Below are positions 58,047 to 64,000 of a DNA stretch of 64,000 bases, piece after piece (the first letter of the stretch is position 1; every line of letters begins with the position of its first letter). The stretch covers positions 6,688,001 through 6,752,000 of the forward strand of contig OZ242214.1 in the NCBI GenBank assembly GCA_965206595.1. The letters run 5' to 3'. Below the pieces are notes generated by a model. That model was given only the letters and a program-made list of their open reading frames with translations. It was not told where the DNA came from and did no database searches. The stretch is from Candidatus Latescibacterota bacterium. GTDB taxonomy: Bacteria > Latescibacterota > UBA2968 > UBA8231. Made by a program: the position numbers and the translations under genes.

Positions 58047-60589
58047 AGCTGACCGTTCCCGAGCCCTCGCTGGTCGTTCTCGCCGGCCCTTCGGGGAGCG
58101 GCAAGACGACCTTTGCGCGCCGGCACTTCCGGCCCACCGAGGTGATCTCTTCCGACTACTGCCGCGGCCTCGTCGCCGACGACGAGAACGACCTGTCCGC
58201 CACCGGCGACGCCTTCGATCTCCTTCACTACATCGCCGGCAAACGGCTCGCCGGCCGCAGGCTCACCGTGATCGACGCGACGAGCGTGAAGCCGGAGGAC
58301 CGCGCCAGGCTGATCGCCCTGGCCCGCGAGTTCCACCTCCTCGCCGCGGCCATCGTCTTCGACCTGCCGCCGCAGCTCTGCCAGCGGCGCAACGAGGAGC
58401 GCGCCGACCGCGACATCGACCCCCACGTGGTGCGCCGGCAGAGCCGCTCCCTGCGCCGCTCCCTGCGCGGCCTCAGGCGGGAGGGCTTCCACTCCGTCAC
58501 CGTGTTCGGCAGCCCGGAAGAAGCGGATGCCGCCTCCATCGAGCGCCAGCCGCTGTGGCCGGACCGGCGCGGCGAGCGCGGGCCCTTCGATATCATCGGC
58601 GACGTCCACGGCTGCTTCGACGAGCTCTCCGAATTGCTCGGCTCCCTCGGCTGGGAGGTCGGCTCCGGGTCCGCGGGGCCGGTGGCGCGCCACCCGGAAG
58701 GGCGCAAGGCGGTCTTCCTCGGGGATCTCGTCGACCGCGGCCCCCGCTCTCCGGAGGTGCTGCGCCTGGTCATGGGGATGGTCGAGGCGGGAACGGCTCT
58801 CTGCATTCCGGGCAACCACGACGTCAAGCTCCTGCGCAAGCTGCAGGGCAGGGATGTGAAGATCTCCCACGGCCTCGCCGAGACCCTGGAGCAGCTCGAG
58901 CGCGAGCCGGCCGAATTCTCCGACGAGGCCGCGGCCTTCATCGGCCGCCTGGTCAGCCATTACGTGCTCGACGGCGGCGAGCTCGTCGTCGCCCACGCCG
59001 GCCTCGAGGAGGCCCTCCAGGGACGGGCGTCGGGCCGGGTGCGCGAGTTCGCCCTCTACGGCGAGACCACCGGTGAGACCGACGAGTTCGGGCTGCCGCT
59101 CCGCTGCGACTGGGCCGCGGCCTACCGCGGCGGAGCGACGGTTGTATACGGCCACACCCCGGTGCCGGAGCCGGAGTGGGTGAACCGCACCGTCAACATC
59201 GACACCGGGTGCGTCTTCGGGGGCAAGCTGACGGCGCTGCGCTATCCGGAAAGGGAGATCGTCCAGGTCCCGGCGCGGCAGGTCTACTGCGAGCCGGTGC
59301 GGCCGCTGCCGTCCTCCGGAGAGGCGGAAGGATCACGGCCGTACGGGGACCTGCTCGACATCGGCGACGTGCTCGGAAAGCGGCTCATCCCCACGCGACT
59401 GAACCGCGGCGTCGCCATCCGCAAGGAGAACGCCGCGGCCGCTCTCGAGGTGATGAGCCGCTTCGCCGTCGACCCGCGCTGGCTCGTCTACCTGCCGCCG
59501 ACCATGGCCCCGTCCGACACCGCCGCGGAGGGAGAGTACCTCGAGCACCCGCGCGAGACCTTCGCCCATTTCCGGGGCCAGGGGATTTCCCGGGTGATCT
59601 GCCAGGAGAAGCACATGGGGTCGCGGGCGGTAATCCTGCTCTGCCGGGACGAAGCCGCGGCGCAGCGCAGGTTCGGAGCCGGCCGCGGCGAGGCCGGAGT
59701 GGTCTACACCCGCACCGGGCGCCCCTTCTTCAGCGACCCGGAGCGCGGCTCCGAGGTCGTGGCGAGACTGCGCGCCGCGGTCGAGCGCGCCGGGTTCTGG
59801 CAGCGGTTCGACAGCGACTGGGTCTGCCTCGACGCCGAGATCATGCCCTGGTCGGAGAAGGCGCAGGAGCTGCTGCGCAGCCAGTACGCCCCGGCGGGGT
59901 CCGCGGCAGGGGCCGCCTTCGAGGCCGCCCTCGCCGCCCTGGGGCAGGCCGCGGAAAGAGGAGGCGGCAACGAAGAGCTGGAGGCCCACCTGCGGCAGCG
60001 GCAGGGCTGCATCTCCCGCTACGTCGACGCCTACCGTCGCTACTGCTGGCCGGTCAACAGCCTCTCGGATCTCCGGGTCGCCCCCTTCCACCTGCTGGCG
60101 ACCGAGGGCCGCGTCCACGTCGACCAGGACCACCTCTGGCACATGGAGACCCTCGCCGGGCTGTGCCGGGCGGACGCAGAGCTGCTGCTCGAGACGCGGT
60201 ATCTCCTCGTCGACACGGGGGATCCGGACAGCGAGGAACAGGGAACCCGCTGGTGGCTGGAGCTCACCGAAAGCGGCGGCGAGGGCATGGTGGTCAAGCC
60301 CCTGGACTGGCTCGCCCGGGGCAAGCGGGGGCCGGCGCAGCCGGCGCTCAAGTGCCGGGGGCGGGAGTACCTGCGCATCATCTACGGCCCCGAGTACACC
60401 CTCCCCGGGCAGATCGAGCGCCTGCGCCAGCGCCGGTTGTCTGTCAAGCGCTCGCTGGCGCTGCGGGAGTTCGCCCTCGGCATGGAGGCCCTGCACCGCT
60501 TCGTCGAGGGGGAGCCCCTCTACCGCGTGCACGAGTGCGTCTTCGGAGTGCTCGCCCTGGAGAGCGAGCCGGTCGACCCGAGGCTGTGA
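58043..60589 (+). CDS. pnkp: Polynucleotide kinase/phosphatase/ligase Pnkp (RNA repair)
   Basis: GPSGSGKTT kinase; GDVHG, GDLVDRG, GNHD phosphoesterase; EKHMGSR, EGMVVKP ligase; ends ESEPVDPRL; ATGA overlap with hen1. Confidence 0.96.
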   Translation: MKLTVPEPSLVVLAGPSGSGKTTFARRHFRPTEVISSDYCRGLVADDENDLSATGDAFDLLHYIAGKRLAGRRLTVIDATSVKPEDRARLIALAREFHLLAAAIVFDLPPQLCQRRNEERADRDIDPHVVRRQSRSLRRSLRGLRREGFHSVTVFGSPEEADAASIERQPLWPDRRGERGPFDIIGDVHGCFDELSELLGSLGWEVGSGSAGPVARHPEGRKAVFLGDLVDRGPRSPEVLRLVMGMVEAGTALCIPGNHDVKLLRKLQGRDVKISHGLAETLEQLEREPAEFSDEAAAFIGRLVSHYVLDGGELVVAHAGLEEALQGRASGRVREFALYGETTGETDEFGLPLRCDWAAAYRGGATVVYGHTPVPEPEWVNRTVNIDTGCVFGGKLTALRYPEREIVQVPARQVYCEPVRPLPSSGEAEGSRPYGDLLDIGDVLGKRLIPTRLNRGVAIRKENAAAALEVMSRFAVDPRWLVYLPPTMAPSDTAAEGEYLEHPRETFAHFRGQGISRVICQEKHMGSRAVILLCRDEAAAQRRFGAGRGEAGVVYTRTGRPFFSDPERGSEVVARLRAAVERAGFWQRFDSDWVCLDAEIMPWSEKAQELLRSQYAPAGSAAGAAFEAALAALGQAAERGGGNEELEAHLRQRQGCISRYVDAYRRYCWPVNSLSDLRVAPFHLLATEGRVHVDQDHLWHMETLAGLCRADAELLLETRYLLVDTGDPDSEEQGTRWWLELTESGGEGMVVKPLDWLARGKRGPAQPALKCRGREYLRIIYGPEYTLPGQIERLRQRRLSVKRSLALREFALGMEALHRFVEGEPLYRVHECVFGVLALESEPVDPRL

Positions 60590-60888
60590 TGGGCCGCCAC
60601 AGCCTGGCCGGCCGCTGACAATCTTCGCCGGCTCGATGACACTACTCGACGTCGACTGTCTGAAGGGGAAGTTTCAGCCGGTGAAGCCGGAATTGGTCAG
60701 ATGGGCATCGGGCGAAACTGGTAGGGGCTTGGCCATGGCTCGGCCTGCAACGGAGAGCGGCCGAGGACAAAGCGGCCCTGGTATGTGGAGACGAAATCGT
60801 GGTCGGCGAACTTGCGGGATTGTGTAACGCGATCCCGGTGAGACCGGACACCCATGCGCACGCGCCGGCGTTCGCACGCAAACCGGGA

Positions 60889-61725
60889 TCAGAGTGTCTG
60901 ACGGACCTGCTCGGCGTCCTTGAACAGGATTTCGCGCACCGCGGTGGTCGCCTGCTCGTGAAACTCGACAGCGACCGGATCGTAGTCGGTCCCGGGCCGC
61001 GGGGTATGTTTGAAGTGACCGTATCGGTCAGTGCCGCGAACGAGCGCGGCGCTGTCCCATTCGCCGACGATCTGCCGGGTGCTCGTCGGCATGAAATGCA
61101 GCGACAGGCCGATGCGGCGGTCATGCGACTGGTTGGGACTCGATGCGTGCGCGAGGCGCACGTTGTGGAGTGAGATTTCACCCGGTTGCAGCGGCATGTC
61201 CACCGCATCCGCTTCGTCCACGTCGACGGAAATCTCCTGACCCCGGGTGAGCATGTTGTTCTGTTGGTACTCGTCGCTGTGGGGCAGGAGGTCGCCGACG
61301 TGACTGCCGGGCAGGACGCGCATGCAGCCGGTTTCGGGTGTCGCCGGCGAAAGAGCCAACCAGACGGTCACCAGGTCGCCGCTGTCGAGGCCCCAGTAGC
61401 GGAGGTCCTGATGCCACGAGACGAAAGTTTCGCTCCGGGGTTCCTTGATCCAGAAGAAGGTATTCCAGCACAGGATGTCGGGACCGATCAGGTCCTCGAC
61501 TGCATCGAGGATGCGATCGTGGCGCATAAGGTCGTCGATCCAGGTGAACAAGAGATGGGACTTGCTGCGCTGTGCCCCTTCGATCGGATGACCCTGAGAA
61601 GCCTCGAAGGTCTCGAGCAACTTCCGGTTGGCGGCGACTTCGCCGTCGTCGAGCATGCGGACCGGGAAATAGTACCCGTCTCGCTTGTACTGGGCGATGG
61701 CCTCTTCGCTCAGGATTTTTTGCAT
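60889..61725 (-). CDS. PhyH-family 2OG-Fe(II) oxygenase
   Basis: YKRDGY, WHQDLRYW, GCMRVLPGSH, HASSPNQS..RRIG. Confidence 0.88.
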   Translation of the reverse strand: MQKILSEEAIAQYKRDGYYFPVRMLDDGEVAANRKLLETFEASQGHPIEGAQRSKSHLLFTWIDDLMRHDRILDAVEDLIGPDILCWNTFFWIKEPRSETFVSWHQDLRYWGLDSGDLVTVWLALSPATPETGCMRVLPGSHVGDLLPHSDEYQQNNMLTRGQEISVDVDEADAVDMPLQPGEISLHNVRLAHASSPNQSHDRRIGLSLHFMPTSTRQIVGEWDSAALVRGTDRYGHFKHTPRPGTDYDPVAVEFHEQATTAVREILFKDAEQVRQTL

Positions 61726-62177
61726 GGTCGGCCTCCGGGTCGATTACGGGGACAGGTGCAGAAAAGCGCGGAAGCTGTACTTCATTTCTTCATCCATCGA
61801 TTCGTCGGAAGCAACTTCAGTGATCAGGATGTCGATGTCCATCCTCCCCAACCCACTTGCCCGGCAGCGATGGGCAACCCAGGACCGCCGCTTTTCACCC
61901 GGAGGTCAACCCGGCGGCCGGGCTCGCGCCTCGCGACCGGCCATCTTCTCCTCACTGGACGAGATGCTGCGATTTACTTTGTCGAGCGCAGCCACCGGTC
62001 GCGGTCGTAACACCCGGGAAACCCCCCGGCCAAATTTCCTCGAGCGGCCGAAGCCTTTTATTGCCTTGCCGATGGAGAGCCGCTGTATTTCGAGAACGAG
62101 TGCGTCTCCCGAGCCCTGGCTCTGGAGAGCGAGCCGCGGCCCGAGGCTGCAAGCGCACTCGAGAAAAGGCGAGAGAG

Positions 62178-63137
62178 ATGGAAAAACGGATCCTGGGACG
62201 CACCGGGTACGAGGTCACGCGCATCGCACTGGGCACGTACCGGTTCACCAGCGAGTTCGGCGTCCCGCGCGCCGACGCCCTGGCCCTGCTCGAGCGCGCC
62301 GTGGACCTCGGCATCAACTACATGGACACCGCCCCGTCGTACGGCTGCGGCGAAAGCGAGGAGCTGATCGGCCGGGTGCTCGCCCGCCGCCCGGAAAGCC
62401 GGGTCTTCGTCAGCTCGAAGATCGGGCAGCTGCAGCGGTCGATCGTCCCCTACCTCGGGGCCGAGGCGTACCGCAGCGAGGACTGCATCCGCCGCGTCGT
62501 CGACCACACCCTCTGGCTGCTGCGGAGGGACCGCCTCGACATGCTGTTCATCCACGAGCCGGAGGAGGAGACCTGGGGATGGGACGACAACCTCGAGGCC
62601 CCCGTGCTCCGGGTTCTCGAGAAGCTCCGGGAGGAGGGGGTCATCGGCGCTATCGGGATCGGCAGCAACCGTGCGGAGTTTCCCGCGCGCCTCGCCGAGA
62701 CCGGCCGCTTCGACGTCGTCGAGATCGCCAACGGCTACACCCTGCTGCAGCAGCCGATAGCCGAGCGGCTGCTGCCGGCCGCGGCCGCCCACGACATCGG
62801 CATCGTCGCCGGAGGCCCCTTCTGCAACGGCATGCTGTCCGCGGTGCAGCGCGCCCGCCTGGAAGAGCTGAAGAAGAGCCCGGGAGTCCCCGGCAGCCTG
62901 CTCGACTCGCGCGCCCTGGAGCTGATCGGCCGGTTCTACCGGCTCAGCGAGGAGACCGGCATCCCGATGAACGAGCTGGGCCTGCGCTACATCCTCTCCA
63001 ATCCCGCCATCCACACCGTCATTCCCGGGGCGCAGAACCCCGGGGAAGTGGAGGCTAACTTCCGGGCCGGCCTGAAAGGGCCGCTGCCCGGCGACATCCT
63101 CGGAGTGATCCGGAAAATTCAGGAATCGGTGGGGTGA
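62178..63137 (+). CDS. Aldo/keto reductase
   Basis: LGRTG, GINYMDTAPSYG..ESE, SSK, LFIH, VIPGA. Confidence 0.92.
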   Translation: MEKRILGRTGYEVTRIALGTYRFTSEFGVPRADALALLERAVDLGINYMDTAPSYGCGESEELIGRVLARRPESRVFVSSKIGQLQRSIVPYLGAEAYRSEDCIRRVVDHTLWLLRRDRLDMLFIHEPEEETWGWDDNLEAPVLRVLEKLREEGVIGAIGIGSNRAEFPARLAETGRFDVVEIANGYTLLQQPIAERLLPAAAAHDIGIVAGGPFCNGMLSAVQRARLEELKKSPGVPGSLLDSRALELIGRFYRLSEETGIPMNELGLRYILSNPAIHTVIPGAQNPGEVEANFRAGLKGPLPGDILGVIRKIQESVG

Positions 63138-63328
63138 TGGTCCGGTGCGGGGCACTGGCAGGTCCTCCGGTGATCTTCCCCCACGCCGGGGAGGGGGCCG
63201 AAATTCCATCTCCCTTCCTTCACCGCGCCGCCGTTTCGAACACGGAATTGCCCCCTGAGCCGTTGAATTACCGGACACTTGCCACCCAACGAAAAAAAAC
63301 GGAATGAAGCGGGAACTGCGGTTGTCCA

Positions 63329-63904
63329 ATGGGTGCGGAACTGCCGTCTGACCTCGACCTGACGAGGCGTGCACGCGACGGCGACGACGGGGCCTTTCGC
63401 ATGTTGGTCGAGCGCTACGAATCGCTGGTCGCCGCGACCGCAGTCGGCATGCTGGGACCGGGACCGGATGCCGAGGACGTCGGCCAGGAGACGTTCATCC
63501 GCTTTCACGCCGCTCTCGGACGCTTTCGCGGCGAGTCGGCGGTCGGCACCTATCTTACCCGGATCGCCATCAACCTGTCGCTGAACGCCTCGAAGAGCCG
63601 GCAGCGGTCCCGGTGGCGATTCTGGAGCCTGGACAGCGACGAAGACCCGGCTCCCGCCCCGTCGACGGACGGAGCGGCGCTTCGGGACCAGGCCGACACC
63701 AGGGCGGAAGTGCAGAGGGCGCTGCAACAGCTCAAACCGGATCATCGCGCCGTCGTGGTGCTGCGCATGATCCAGGAGTACTCGACCCGGGAGACCGCGG
63801 AGGCCCTGAACATACCCGAAGGAACCGTGCTGTCGCGCCTGTCGCGCGGCATGGCGAACTTGAAGCGGATTTTGCAGCGGAGATTGGACCATGAAGAAGA
63901 GTGA
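63329..63904 (+). CDS. ECF RNA polymerase sigma factor
   Basis: DAEDVGQETF, FRGES..TYLTRIAIN, ETAEALNIPEGTVLSRLSR. Confidence 0.92.
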   Translation: MGAELPSDLDLTRRARDGDDGAFRMLVERYESLVAATAVGMLGPGPDAEDVGQETFIRFHAALGRFRGESAVGTYLTRIAINLSLNASKSRQRSRWRFWSLDSDEDPAPAPSTDGAALRDQADTRAEVQRALQQLKPDHRAVVVLRMIQEYSTRETAEALNIPEGTVLSRLSRGMANLKRILQRRLDHEEE

Positions 63905-64000
63905 ACGCGAACGCCTGCTGGCGCTCGCCCTCGGCGGCGAGCTTGGAGAAACGGATAAGGCCCGTTTCGAGTGCCTGCTGTCGTCGGACCAAGGTTTCCG
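63891..64000 (+). CDS. Probable anti-sigma factor, N-terminus (runs off window end)
   Basis: MKKSERERLLALALGGELGETDKARFECLL overlapping the sigma factor stop. Confidence 0.6.
   Translation, partial: MKKSERERLLALALGGELGETDKARFECLLSSDQGF

Overview
GC-rich bacterial chromosome segment. The likely source is a Candidatus Latescibacterota-like, probably sponge-associated lineage; this is inferred from the protein repertoire (sulfatase, BNR/sialidase-like and PhyH enzymes, FlgD-type domains, C-terminal SWGxxK proteins, eukaryote-like YWTD/Fn3/cadherin/WD40 repeats). The backbone carries yaaA, livKHMGF, an FGGY kinase, tRNA-Asp, def, larE, hicAB, hen1-pnkp, an aldo/keto reductase and an ECF sigma factor. 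Two accessory insertions interrupt it. (1) A 13.8-kb island (11860-25727) is bounded by a 28-bp direct repeat of the livF 3' end. It holds inverted IS1182-like copies around a ~10-kb adhesin-like gene with a sigma54-type promoter, split at a poly-G tract. It also holds two tandem ~155-bp IS-end-bounded mini-elements, each carrying a pair of NrdR-box-like operators 32 bp apart. (2) An 8.3-kb element (46524-54850) with an 8-bp target duplication and an IS1595 transposase splits a WD40 gene and carries RadC/JAB, SWIB, glycoside-hydrolase-like and TolB-like cargo. All calls come from reading the sequence and from recalled family motifs; no searches were run.
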